Assembly: GCA_965261545.1 (NCBI GenBank) | Contig: CBDHDF010000010.1 | Coordinates: forward strand, 160,001 to 224,000 | Length of the DNA: 64,000 nucleotides | Source of the DNA: Bdellovibrionales bacterium | Lineage (GTDB): Bacteria > Bdellovibrionota > Bdellovibrionia > Bdellovibrionales > UBA1609 | Reading direction: 5' to 3' | Shown: piece after piece, positions 50,764 to 60,841 of the stretch | How the letters are laid out: each line of letters opens with the position of its first letter | Numbering within the stretch: position 1 is the stretch's first letter | Notes under the pieces: model-generated | What the model was told of the DNA's origin: nothing | What the model saw: only the letters and a program-made list of their open reading frames with translations | Database searches by the model: none | Program-made: the position numbers and the translations under genes

Positions 50764-52251
50764 TTAGAATCCTCCCTGGTCAGAGTTCGGATCAGAAGAA
50801 CAGAGAATGCCGTCAGAGCAGTCAAATAGCTGCCTCTGAGAACGCTTAGAATTGATCCTATTGGCTTCATTGCCCAAAGTCCTCTCTGTGCTCTGGCCTT
50901 GATAAAGACGCCCCTCCTTGGTGATCTGAGAGATGACAGCGTTGAGTGGGGTGTTTTGGACCTCTTGAAGTTGCAAGGTGGCATCCACGGAGTCTTTGAG
51001 TTTTTTTCTCTTCTCGTTGATTTCCTTTTTTCTTGGGGCGGGAAGATTGGGGTTTTGCTCCAAAATATTGAGCATATCCAGTGAACGGTTCATTTCATGG
51101 GAGAACTTGGTCAAAGCAATGGAGGAGGCAAGTTTGCGACAATAGGAACCTCTTTTGATAAATGGGAGGTAGGACAGGTACCTGAGTGTTTGCTTATCAA
51201 TGTAGGTTTCGCCCTTGTGGCCACCGATGTCTTTAAGGGCTTTTGTATCAATCAGGCGGTCAAGGCTTATGCGGTGGCGCCGTGAGCTATGGTTATTCTT
51301 ATCAATCTTTTTCAAAAGTCCACGGCACAGTTTCTCATAGGTATCCTTTTCAAGTTCATAAAGCCTTGTCCTAGGAGTGATAGCCCTACGCCTTGGCCCA
51401 TATTCCACGGAAATGCGACCTTGACCGACAACAGTGTCCCCCACAAGGGCTTTGATAAGCTCGACAGTGCGTCTTGCTTCTTTTGAATTGAAACCAGCCC
51501 ACTTGGCTGAAGACTCAATGAGTTTGTTCTCGTTGGCTTTGAGTCCAAAGCGGCTTCCAGCCCAGTTCGCTAAGTCCACAGAGTAGTCTGAACCTGAACG
51601 GCACTCCTTCATGGCCTGTTCCATATTTCCTCCATTTTTTTGAATGGCCCTGTGGACACATCCTTGCCGCTCTTGCTTAAAATCTTCGGTTCGTTGATCG
51701 ACATATTTGTCAATCAAGGCACATTGATCGAGCCTCATTTGTGAAAGAAAGTTGGCGTTGACTCTTGTGTGCTTGAGGATGGAACACCATGTGGGGCTGA
51801 AGTAGCAAGTAAGTAACATGGGGCTTGCTGCCATGATGTTGTTTCCCAGAGACTCAAAGTATTTGGAGTCCAAAAAGTTTTTTAAAGCTCCCTGGAGAGT
51901 GTTTTTAAAGTCAATTCTCCCACAGTCGGCGTCTATACCGAGCTTAAATCCAAGGTCCACCGTTTGGTAATTATCAAAGATATAATCACTTTCTGGGCTG
52001 CGTTCTTTAAACAGGTAGTCCGTTGAGGACATTTCAGAGTTATGCCTGTAGTTAAAGTTCTTAGCCCTTTGAGCCGCGACAGCCATTGCAGACAAAGCTG
52101 ATAAAAATAATAAGGCTGGTAGGACTGATGAAAATAAGAATAATGAGACTGATAGGGTGGGTGGGGATAAAAACACCAAGAGGATAGATCTCATTGTTTT
52201 CCATATTCTCATTGTTCTCAACTTCATTGCTTTTAACTTTATTGTTCTCAA
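50764..52251 (-). CDS. TraH-like periplasmic Cys-rich protein
   Basis: Signal peptide, CG.ID motif, position before traG. Confidence 0.55.
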   Translation of the reverse strand: MRTIKLKAMKLRTMRIWKTMRSILLVFLSPPTLSVSLFLFSSVLPALLFLSALSAMAVAAQRAKNFNYRHNSEMSSTDYLFKERSPESDYIFDNYQTVDLGFKLGIDADCGRIDFKNTLQGALKNFLDSKYFESLGNNIMAASPMLLTCYFSPTWCSILKHTRVNANFLSQMRLDQCALIDKYVDQRTEDFKQERQGCVHRAIQKNGGNMEQAMKECRSGSDYSVDLANWAGSRFGLKANENKLIESSAKWAGFNSKEARRTVELIKALVGDTVVGQGRISVEYGPRRRAITPRTRLYELEKDTYEKLCRGLLKKIDKNNHSSRRHRISLDRLIDTKALKDIGGHKGETYIDKQTLRYLSYLPFIKRGSYCRKLASSIALTKFSHEMNRSLDMLNILEQNPNLPAPRKKEINEKRKKLKDSVDATLQLQEVQNTPLNAVISQITKEGRLYQGQSTERTLGNEANRINSKRSQRQLFDCSDGILCSSDPNSDQGGF

Positions 52252-52263
52252 TTTTCTCTCCTT

Positions 52264-52707
52264 TTATGATTGTTTTCCTTTATGATTTATGAACTCCCTA
52301 GAATAAAAACTTTCCTTTATGGGAATCGGTATAGGCACCAATGGAAGCCGTATTTTCTGACTCCATTCCTTCTTTCCGGCAATCTCCAGAACTAAAACAA
52401 GTAAGACATAAATGGAGACCATTTGCCCTAGGAGCAGGATAAAATCTAAGAATTCTATGGGAGCCAAGGGAACCAAGAAGATGCTCATATATGTCAACAT
52501 TTCTCTTAAAGAAAACAGAGGAAGAAATGTGGTGGCAATGTCATAATCACTCTTCTTGAGACCTGCAAAGTGGATATGAAAAAGAAGCAAGACGCAGTAA
52601 ATGGGAGAACCAATGAGCAAATACCCAATGAGTAAGATATACCTTTCCGCATTTTCTCCCATGGAATGATGGATTGATTTTATAAAATTTCTGTACTCTT
52701 GAGTCAT
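52264..52707 (-). CDS. Hypothetical membrane protein
   Basis: GGAGG RBS, hydrophobic segments. Confidence 0.65.
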   Translation of the reverse strand: MTQEYRNFIKSIHHSMGENAERYILLIGYLLIGSPIYCVLLLFHIHFAGLKKSDYDIATTFLPLFSLREMLTYMSIFLVPLAPIEFLDFILLLGQMVSIYVLLVLVLEIAGKKEWSQKIRLPLVPIPIPIKESFYSREFINHKGKQS

Positions 52708-52753
52708 ATTGACCTCCTATCTATTTAGGTTGTGTTATCGTTTGTTGGTTTTC

Positions 52754-55420
52754 CTATTTCTCTTGGGTTTTATTGTTTTTCTTGGAATGATGAGTGGTTA
52801 AGTACAAAAGGGCTTCCCAAGGCTTGCCGTCAAATTTTTTGATGGCATCCTCAAAGGTTTTCAAATCGGCTCGATTGGTGGGGGCAAGCCACCGGTCGTA
52901 GGGGGTTTGGTAATATCGAAAGACCCCTTGTTTGGACTTGTCCTTGTTCATGTAGAAGATTTCGGTAAACTGCCCTTTTTTGACCTTGAGAGATTTGACA
53001 ATTTCAGAATTGGCTTCATCAAAGAGATTTGACTTTTGAAGCAGGTAGTCCACGTTGTCGGGACTCATTTTGAGCATAATAAAATTATCAGCCACCGACC
53101 ACATAGCTTGACCAGCTTCAAGCTCGAAATAGTTTTGGGGTCTAGGTGTCAGTCCAATAAGCCAGAATCCAAGCTTTCTGAAGGTTTCAGCCGCATCAAT
53201 AATAAAGTTTTTGGCCACGGGATTGTTGCGACCGAGCATCCCCAATTCTTCGATAACAATAAAGCCACCACGCTCTCGATGCTCTGGCCTTTGTATCGTT
53301 TGACGTATTTCTTCAATCACACTCATTGTCATCAGAGTTTGAAGAGTTTCGTCCTTAAGGGCATCCAAGTCATAGACAAAAAGAAGTTCTGAAGACTTGT
53401 CTTTTTGAGCCACCCCCTGGAAATACTTGGAATAAGTCCCATCTCCATAAAAAGGGTTGAGTTTGACAAGAACTCTTTCAATCTCCTCTTTCATCTTTTC
53501 AAACTCTAGTTCAGATGTGAGGCTTGCCATGGCTGTTACAAAGTCATCCATTGTGACTTCCACTTCTTCTTGGCTTTCTTCGCTAACAAGTTTTCCATCC
53601 ATATAAGAAAGGCCAGACTCCTTGGATTTTTTAAGATAAGCCAGCTTCAATGCCCTAGAGATGCTGGTAATATGCTCACTTTCAATCTCAAACTTCGGGG
53701 AGGTCAGCTTAATGGCTGTGGTGAGGAGATGAGTGAGGAAATTCACTTTGGCATCATCAAAAGCTCCACGAAAGGGGGAGAAGGGCATTTCTTCCTGGGG
53801 GTCAAAGACTGTCAGTTCCCCATGAAAGGGGCCTATGACTCCCTTGTAACTGGATTTCTTATCAATGACGAAAACAAGAGGTTCTGGGTCAAGTCGCTTT
53901 GCAGACTGGATGCAATCAATGACAAAGGCTGACTTTCCGCTCCCACTATCAGCTAAAACCACGGTATGGTTTGAAGTTTCATTTTCAAGGAGATTGAAGT
54001 TTATAAGGTTCTTCTCTCTTGAAAGATAGGTTTGCAGTGAGTGGGATAAGCCCTTGAAAGAATCAAAAAGTGGCAAAAACATGACCGCATCATTTTGCAA
54101 AATGCGAATGTATCTCTGAGTTGAGTAATCCGCTTCTGGAGAGTAGTTTAAGGGAAGGGAGTTCAGGGCTAGGCCCAAGCCAATTTCTTCCTCCACAATC
54201 ACCTCGCACTCAAGGTCATTGTGAAAGATGTTGATGAGTTCTCGTGTGCGTTGGTCTAGAATTTCTTCCGTTTCTCCCTCAAGAATGATGCAAAAAGTGA
54301 GATAAAGGCATTTTTCACCCACAGCCAAGCGGTCTTGGGCTTCTTTAATTTCTGCTCTTTGAACCTTGGCACTTCGTGAAACATTGTTTTCAAGAAAAAA
54401 TTCTTTAATATCAAAGAATTTTTTGACTTTTCCCTTGGATGGAAAGCTAAAATTTAGGGACATTTTAAAAGGAAAGTCCAACTTGGTGAAATAGGCCATG
54501 CCTCCAGCGTAGGCAAACTGTGGACTTGTTTTTAGTGTTATGGTTCTTGTTTTGACTCCCTCTCTTTCGATTCCTCTATAGTCAAGAGTGGGACTGTTGT
54601 AAATCAACTGGTCAGAAAGGGAAAGGTGTTTATTGAATCTTGCAAACTCTCTTTTGTAAAACTCCTTGGGATTAAAGAATTGGCGAGCATGGGTTAAGAA
54701 CTCTTGAGCATCAAGGGTTTTGAGTTTTATTTTTGAGTTTTCAATATATTGCTTCATCATTTGGGAAAACAGTTTGATCTGTTTAACAAATTCACTCATT
54801 TCATCGAAAAGTATTCTCTCCCCTCGGTCCAGTGATCTTTTCCATTCTGCTGTGGCTGATTTTGGAGGGAAAAACCGAATGGACAAGAGGACTTTTCTCT
54901 TCAAAGGAGCCAGCTCATTGGTTGAATTGCATTGGTTTTGAATCATCTTGACCTTTTCTTTGTAAAGGATTTTTGAGACAGGGTGTGGGTACTTGTACTC
55001 ACTGAGAAGCGTCTTCCAAACCTTGTCCTTTTGAGAAATATAAGACTGGTCAAAGAGAACTTGGAGGACACAGTTTTCAGGCAAAGCAAATAGTGATTTG
55101 AAGGACTCAACAGATGAAATGATATTTTTGATGGTCATGGGCTCATGTTCTAAAAGCTCGGCTTCGAGGATGGCGCCAAGGCTTCCATCCTTATTGACGA
55201 AGGTTCTAAACTCATCAATGTACTCGCTATATGGAAGCCATTGACTGAGAGAATCCGAGCGTTTGAACAGGGCTTCTGTCAACTGGAAGCGGTTGCTCAA
55301 TGGTGCACTCAATGTTTGATGAATGGGTTTTAAAGTATCATTTAATTTCAATACAGACCTCCTCGATCTTCTCAATGATTTTCTGGTAAAGGCCATTTGG
55401 CTTTTTCTTGGCTTCCTCAA
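52754..55420 (-). CDS. traC: VirB4/TraC conjugative ATPase
   Basis: WLPY, ADSGSGKS Walker A, VID...SY, IEE, RK.G motifs. Confidence 0.9.
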   Translation of the reverse strand: MRKPRKSQMAFTRKSLRRSRRSVLKLNDTLKPIHQTLSAPLSNRFQLTEALFKRSDSLSQWLPYSEYIDEFRTFVNKDGSLGAILEAELLEHEPMTIKNIISSVESFKSLFALPENCVLQVLFDQSYISQKDKVWKTLLSEYKYPHPVSKILYKEKVKMIQNQCNSTNELAPLKRKVLLSIRFFPPKSATAEWKRSLDRGERILFDEMSEFVKQIKLFSQMMKQYIENSKIKLKTLDAQEFLTHARQFFNPKEFYKREFARFNKHLSLSDQLIYNSPTLDYRGIEREGVKTRTITLKTSPQFAYAGGMAYFTKLDFPFKMSLNFSFPSKGKVKKFFDIKEFFLENNVSRSAKVQRAEIKEAQDRLAVGEKCLYLTFCIILEGETEEILDQRTRELINIFHNDLECEVIVEEEIGLGLALNSLPLNYSPEADYSTQRYIRILQNDAVMFLPLFDSFKGLSHSLQTYLSREKNLINFNLLENETSNHTVVLADSGSGKSAFVIDCIQSAKRLDPEPLVFVIDKKSSYKGVIGPFHGELTVFDPQEEMPFSPFRGAFDDAKVNFLTHLLTTAIKLTSPKFEIESEHITSISRALKLAYLKKSKESGLSYMDGKLVSEESQEEVEVTMDDFVTAMASLTSELEFEKMKEEIERVLVKLNPFYGDGTYSKYFQGVAQKDKSSELLFVYDLDALKDETLQTLMTMSVIEEIRQTIQRPEHRERGGFIVIEELGMLGRNNPVAKNFIIDAAETFRKLGFWLIGLTPRPQNYFELEAGQAMWSVADNFIMLKMSPDNVDYLLQKSNLFDEANSEIVKSLKVKKGQFTEIFYMNKDKSKQGVFRYYQTPYDRWLAPTNRADLKTFEDAIKKFDGKPWEALLYLTTHHSKKNNKTQEK

Positions 55421-55462
55421 TGATTTTCTGCAAGGCCATTTGGCCTTCTCAGTTTGGTCTTC

Positions 55463-55753
55463 TCAATTAAAGTGATGTTCAGGCAAAGACCATTTGGTCT
55501 CTTCAATTAAAAGGTAAATCCATGCTCCACCAAAATAATCACCCGTGGGCATCTCATGGGCGTGAAGCCAAGCCTTTTTGATCTTTCCCCTGGTTCTTGA
55601 GACCCTTTTTTCCCTTTTGGGCTGGGCATTAAGGGAATAACCAGCCCTTTTTTCAAGAATCCCAGAAGTTTTTGTGTGGGCACAGCCTCCAAGGCTAATC
55701 AATAATGCGAGTAAGATATGAAAATACTTTTTCATGGCGATTTCTCCTTTCAT
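55463..55753 (-). CDS. TraV-like lipoprotein
   Basis: Lipobox LGGC, W..AH...GD...G...Y.....W, located between traB and traC. Confidence 0.7.
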   Translation of the reverse strand: MKGEIAMKKYFHILLALLISLGGCAHTKTSGILEKRAGYSLNAQPKREKRVSRTRGKIKKAWLHAHEMPTGDYFGGAWIYLLIEETKWSLPEHHFN

Positions 55754-57058
55754 TTTTCATAAAGAAATTGTTGGGCAATAAGACTTTTTCCTGCATAACG
55801 ATCCACACATCCTGGCCTGAATGCACAGCTAAGGTGGGGATAAGAGAGGTGGCTTGTTTCAAGTACCAATCACTCACCTTGGCGGCGGCTCCTTGGGCAC
55901 CATTTTGCACAATGGTATTGGCGGAGTCTGGATTTGAACCCCCGATGTTTTGAGATCTGCGACTGATAATGTCCCCAACTCCATCCACTACAGATTTGAG
56001 GAAGGCCATTTGGGCCACACGACTTTGTTTGGAGTTCAGTTTGGCTTTAACGGCAAAGGTATTGTCTGAATCATCCGCAATAAAGCCATTCACCTTTCTT
56101 TCAAAGAATTTTCCTTTTTTGGAAACACATGAAAGGCGAGTGGCCTGAAAGTTAATTCGTTCGGTGGCCATGGATGGGGAACTCTTGGCAATCATGAAGC
56201 AGCCAGATAGGTCCACTTTGTGCTTGTTGGGTCCAATATAGGAATAATCGAGAGCCAGAAGCACAGGGTAGGTTTTCCCCTCTGGGGCATCGACACCGGT
56301 CATCAGCTTGGCTTTGACATAGCTTCCTGTGGGCAAAGTGACTCCTTCTTCCACTCGCTGATATTTTACAGGAAAGGAGATAACTCTGGGGCCTTTAGAG
56401 CTTTTGAAGTTTCCATGGTGGCGACGAGGCTTTCCTCTTGTTTGGAATATATGACTCCTGGGTGTGGGAGGACCGCCAAGGGAGAGTCGATTGTTCCCAA
56501 GGGGCAACTGATGGCTTCCTAGCAAGCCACTTCCACTTCCAACATGAATCCTCACAGGCTCGTCTTTGTGTGGCCCCATTTTCAGAACTCTTGTTTTTTC
56601 TGGCTCTGTCATTTTTTCTGAAGCTTGGGCATTTGAAGCCTGGGCATCAATTTTTTTCTTTTCAAGTAGAAGCTTTGGGTCTTCGTTTGTAGCACTCGTT
56701 TGTGGTCGTGGTGCTATAACTTTGCTTCCATCTGTTTTTCAAGTTCCCGGATCCTCGCTTCAAGAGCCTGACTTTCAGCCATGATCTTCTTGGCGGTTTT
56801 ACTCAATTGCACCTCCTTGTTCTTGAGGTAAGATGAGGTTTGGGAACCGAAAATTCGACCCTCTTTAAAAACTGGTCTCTGGTGATCTCGGTAAATCACT
56901 TTCTTTGTCTCTGACATTTTGCTTGTGATATAGATAAGGCTCAGGCCAAGAAAAAGAAATAATCCCACTTTTGTCTTTGGATAAGCCAACAAAGACTTCT
57001 TTGCCGAACTGTATTGCCTTAAGGAGTGTTTAAAGAAATTCTTCACTAGTAGATTCAT
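55695..57058 (-). CDS. traB: TraB/VirB10, split by a 1-bp frameshift at about 56736
   Basis: LPTGSYVKAKLMTGVDAP and DLSGCF..ER..LSC motifs. One extra A in the run joins the two ORFs. Confidence 0.85.
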
Positions 57059-57939
57059 ATTTGCCTTCCTTTCTTTGCATGTTTATTTTCTTCATATTGA
57101 TTTTTTTCATGCTTAACAAAAGTTGGGATCATGAGGTCATTCACTGAAGCCGTTGGTTTGGCAACAATCTTTAAAAAAGTGCTACAAGTACTCCTTTTTG
57201 TTGGACATAACACCTCATGGTCAACAAGTGACATAATGGCCAAAGACGATCCTTTGAACTTCAGTTGATCTACCTCCACTTTAAACTTCGCTGTCTTACA
57301 AACATTGCTGAGCCTAACAACAAAGCCCTTGTATTCCTTCCCTGTATAAGTGCGGGTGAGTCTTGTTTTGATGCATCGAGGTCCCATGACCCGGAGGGGC
57401 GTGGTGAACAAGAGTCTGTTTTCTACCCTGCGCTTGTATCCCACAATATTGTCATCCCTATCCATGGACCTCATAAAGTCCATGACAGTGATCGCTGGTA
57501 GGTTTTTCTCTGACTTCTTAAGTAACATGCTCTTCGGGCGCAAATCATAAAAAGGTTCCGAAGAGTGTTTGGAATCGCTAGAGTTGTTTGTGCTTTTCAC
57601 AATTTTGATTTTTAGAGTCACCACGCTCCCATCACTGAGAACAAAGGCCACCTTTGAGGTGCCCTTCGTAAAACGGGGACGAATGGAAAGCATGGAGTAG
57701 TCGGGGTCATTGGAATCGGCAGGCTTAATCTCAAATCTTTGGGCTTGAGAAATAGTTCGTACCTGTTTATGAAACCTGAAAATGGTCTCTTTGGAGATAC
57801 GGACAAGCTCTGGTCTTGAGCCATAGTAAATTTCTCTCGCCTGAGATGTGAGGGAAAAGAGAAGCAAGGCAAGAAAAACAAATACGACCAATAAAATATA
57901 TAAGGTGATAAATAAGACATTGCATAAATATTTATTCAT
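57055..57939 (-). CDS. TraK-like secreted T4SS protein
   Basis: Signal peptide, position in the L-E-K-B order. Confidence 0.6.
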   Translation of the reverse strand: MNKYLCNVLFITLYILLVVFVFLALLLFSLTSQAREIYYGSRPELVRISKETIFRFHKQVRTISQAQRFEIKPADSNDPDYSMLSIRPRFTKGTSKVAFVLSDGSVVTLKIKIVKSTNNSSDSKHSSEPFYDLRPKSMLLKKSEKNLPAITVMDFMRSMDRDDNIVGYKRRVENRLLFTTPLRVMGPRCIKTRLTRTYTGKEYKGFVVRLSNVCKTAKFKVEVDQLKFKGSSLAIMSLVDHEVLCPTKRSTCSTFLKIVAKPTASVNDLMIPTFVKHEKNQYEENKHAKKGRQI

Positions 57940-57941
57940 GG

Positions 57942-58661
57942 TTACCTCTTTCCTTGGGGGTTATTGGTGATTTCTTTTCCTCTAAAGGAGTTGGCTTCTG
58001 TACGAGTGAGGGAGGTGATTTGCAAGAACCACTTTTTACCCTGCTTGGGGGGAATCAGCTTTAAGACCATTTCAATAACCTCATCAGTTCTTCCCATGTA
58101 CTCATTGTTGGCGTAACGCTCCCTTGTCGTGATGGCAACCACCTTGTAATGACCTCGCTCATTGGATACTATCTCCTTGTCTGTCACCTTTAAGACTTCA
58201 GAAATATTCTCCATTTTCACCATCTCAGCCCACTCTGATATTTCCATATCAAAGCGAACCTTAAGGTCGTGGGACATATAACCGGAGAGTTCCGTGTATT
58301 GCCCATCAATGTTGACGGGGTTGATATTCCCAAGGATTCTTAAAAAGGACATGACAGCGTTTTCCACATAACCATCGGTGACAGTTTGAGGAGAGGCTGG
58401 TGTGAAGTCCACAACTCCTGGGGCCAAGATATACTCCTTTTCTCTAAGCTTTGAATGAAGGTTTCCGATTTCATATCTGGTCACAACAAAGTAAACACCC
58501 AAGACCCCAATGAGCAGAAGAATGATATTTTGCAATAAAATCTTCTCCTTTAATAAAGCGGCCTTAAAGCATAAATACTTGGGCAAGACCTTAAGGTTCA
58601 CCCCATCATAGGAGCCCGCAGGTGGCGAACTCACTTGAGAGGCTTGGATGCCTTTTTCCAT
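57942..58661 (-). CDS. TraE-like protein
   Basis: Single TM, Y...A..F...L.N..P.N motif. AGGAG RBS before ATG 58661. Confidence 0.7.
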   Translation of the reverse strand: MEKGIQASQVSSPPAGSYDGVNLKVLPKYLCFKAALLKEKILLQNIILLLIGVLGVYFVVTRYEIGNLHSKLREKEYILAPGVVDFTPASPQTVTDGYVENAVMSFLRILGNINPVNIDGQYTELSGYMSHDLKVRFDMEISEWAEMVKMENISEVLKVTDKEIVSNERGHYKVVAITTRERYANNEYMGRTDEVIEMVLKLIPPKQGKKWFLQITSLTRTEANSFRGKEITNNPQGKR

Positions 58662-58674
58662 AGCTCCTACCATA

Positions 58675-58971
58675 CTACTTACCACTTCCTGACACTTCTT
58701 TTTTGCTGCCTTGAGCTTTGTAAGGACTTTCGTTTTCAATGATGGTACGAATGTAATTGGTCGGGAAAATGCATGTCTTAATGACTTGAACAACAAATGA
58801 TTTTCCATCCTTAGACTTAAAAGCCTTGACTTCTTCAATGGGTCTTCTTGCATAAAATCCTCCATCTTTCTTTTTGGAAATTATTTGTTTGTTGGTATTG
58901 GCTTGCTTGCTGGCAGTTGTCTGGTTATTGGTAATCATTTTATTCTTATTTTCTTTATTTTTATGAGTCAT
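58675..58971 (-). CDS. Small hypothetical protein
   Basis: AGGAG RBS, lies within the operon. Confidence 0.55.
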   Translation of the reverse strand: MTHKNKENKNKMITNNQTTASKQANTNKQIISKKKDGGFYARRPIEEVKAFKSKDGKSFVVQVIKTCIFPTNYIRTIIENESPYKAQGSKKEVSGSGK

Positions 58972-58982
58972 TGTGATCTCCT

Positions 58983-59030
58983 GGTTACGGTTACGGTTAC
59001 GGTTACGGTTACGGTTACGGTTATGGTTAG
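58983..59030. repeat. Hexanucleotide SSR (GGTTAC)6 GGTTAT GGTTAG
   Basis: Read directly. Confidence 0.95.
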
Positions 59031-59047
59031 ATGTTTATATTAAATGC

Positions 59048-59359
59048 TTAATCAGAGTATTTTTTCTTTCCTTTCGGGTTCATAAGAGCTGGTAGGCTCA
59101 TGTTCCATCGACTGTAAGGCCAATGAAGGAAGATGCCTTTGTGATTCCTTCGTTTTATTACCGGTCCTATTCCCAAAAACAGTAATAATAGGATGAACAT
59201 AGTCCACCATGAATAAAAGATGACCCCAAATATCAAGATGATAAAGAGGGCTATAAAGACATCACTTAACTCCCAAAAGTCGAACACAGTGATGGGTGAG
59301 TCGATGGATTGAGCCACCTTTCTCCCATGTCTTGCTTTAATCAATGCATAATCGTACAT
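59048..59359 (-). CDS. TraL-like membrane protein
   Basis: ID.P.....WE..D, TM hairpin, G...H..Y. Confidence 0.7.
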   Translation of the reverse strand: MYDYALIKARHGRKVAQSIDSPITVFDFWELSDVFIALFIILIFGVIFYSWWTMFILLLLFLGIGPVIKRRNHKGIFLHWPYSRWNMSLPALMNPKGKKKYSD

Positions 59360-59379
59360 AATGAAACCTCCTTTCTGGT

Positions 59380-59772
59380 TTAGTTAAAAATCCCATTTCC
59401 TCCACCAATGGAGAAAATATTTTCTACCCAAACGGGGGCAGTTCCGAGAATAATGGCAGCAATGATGCAAACAATGGCAACTCCAAACCTTTGCTCCTTG
59501 AGGTTATACCCTGCTGATAGGATACTAATTCCTGAAAACAGCCTTGCCCCCCACTTAAAAAGGGCTGTATCGACAATTCTTAGGACTGTGCCAGCGGCTT
59601 CCAGTTGGTCCGAGGCGTCTGTTCCCGGAATCCGAGGGCCTGCATAGGCCATAGAAACCATTGTCAATAAAAGCAGTAGTAGTAGTAGTAAAAGATTTCG
59701 ATGTGTTGGGTCTTTGCCAAAGAAATTGGCTGGAGTTGTTTGACACATATATTTTGCAAACATGACATCCAT
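59380..59772 (-). CDS. Conjugative pilin (TraA/VirB2-like)
   Basis: Leader ending AYA, two hydrophobic helices, upstream of traL. Confidence 0.65.
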   Translation of the reverse strand: MDVMFAKYMCQTTPANFFGKDPTHRNLLLLLLLLLLTMVSMAYAGPRIPGTDASDQLEAAGTVLRIVDTALFKWGARLFSGISILSAGYNLKEQRFGVAIVCIIAAIILGTAPVWVENIFSIGGGNGIFN

Positions 59773-59981
59773 AGTTTTTTCTCCTTGTTCTTGGTTGGAT
59801 TTCTCACCATCATTATTATGAATGAGATGAGGGGTGGGGTTAGGGGTGAAATTAGAAATGAGTTCCAAATTATGAGTAGAATTGGAATTATAAGGAGAAC
59901 TCATATTATAGGAATTTTTAAAGCCTTTTGAGTTATGACCCTTGTGTTTTGTTTTAAACATTGTCTGGCAAACAGGATAAA

Positions 59982-60841
59982 TCATAGTTTTTCTCCTTTT
60001 TCTAGTAGGGCAATCATTGAATGGACACCTTGGAAACCAATAATGGCTGGGTAAAGGACTTTCTTTTTTAAATCCGCAACAAGTGTAAAGGGTACAGATT
60101 CAATCTTGTGCTTTTTTATCTCATCTCTTGTGGCTTTTTGTATGGGAAGTGGAAAAGAGTTTTTCTTAAAATCTCTGTCATCCACCTGTCGAGCCTCAAC
60201 ATAGATTCCACGATTTTGTAATTTTAGGAGAGTCTTAAACATTCGTTTGCATGAGGGACATTTAGAATCAAAATACATTCTGACCCTGTATCTTGAGGGA
60301 TCAAATGATATTTTTGGACTTTGGATTTTTTTCTGAAGAACTTGGCGAGCTTCAGGGGTGTATTTTGAGTTTTTACTCAAATACTCTTTGATCCTCTGTT
60401 GAAGTCGCTTATTGAGGGAGCTTTTCACCTTGTTGTAGGCCATCCAATTTCTGATATTCTCATCCGTTGGGTTGCGGGCAAGCTCTATAAAAGGCTCTGG
60501 AGGTTTGTAGCTACCCTCTTTGAAGAACTCATCATTTTGAGGGTTGAGGTACTTTTCCCAGTCAAATGGCTTTGATGTTTTCTTCGTTTCTTTGTTTTTC
60601 TGAGTCTCTTTGTATTCTTTGACTTCTGTCTCTTCTTTGTCTTTTTTATTTTGGAACTCGTTGGTGGTCGTAGTTCCTAGTTCTTTTTTCTCGTTTTACC
60701 CCAGTAATCAATACCATCAGGGAAATATTTTATTTCTTGGTTATTGGTTTGAGGTGAAATATTGCGACTTGCCTGGATTGAGGTAAGGCAAGAAAGAAAC
60801 AATAGATTGAAAATAAGCAATCGTTTGATAGGGTTATTCAC
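59982..60841 (-). CDS. TraF/TrbB-like thioredoxin-fold protein, frameshift near 60685
   Basis: FDSKCPSC and ESVP motifs. Upstream signal-peptide frame starts at GTG 60841. Confidence 0.6.

Noticed and set aside
58983..59030. Telomere-like repeat or iteron
   Set aside because: Internal to an operon, short, and no rep gene nearby.
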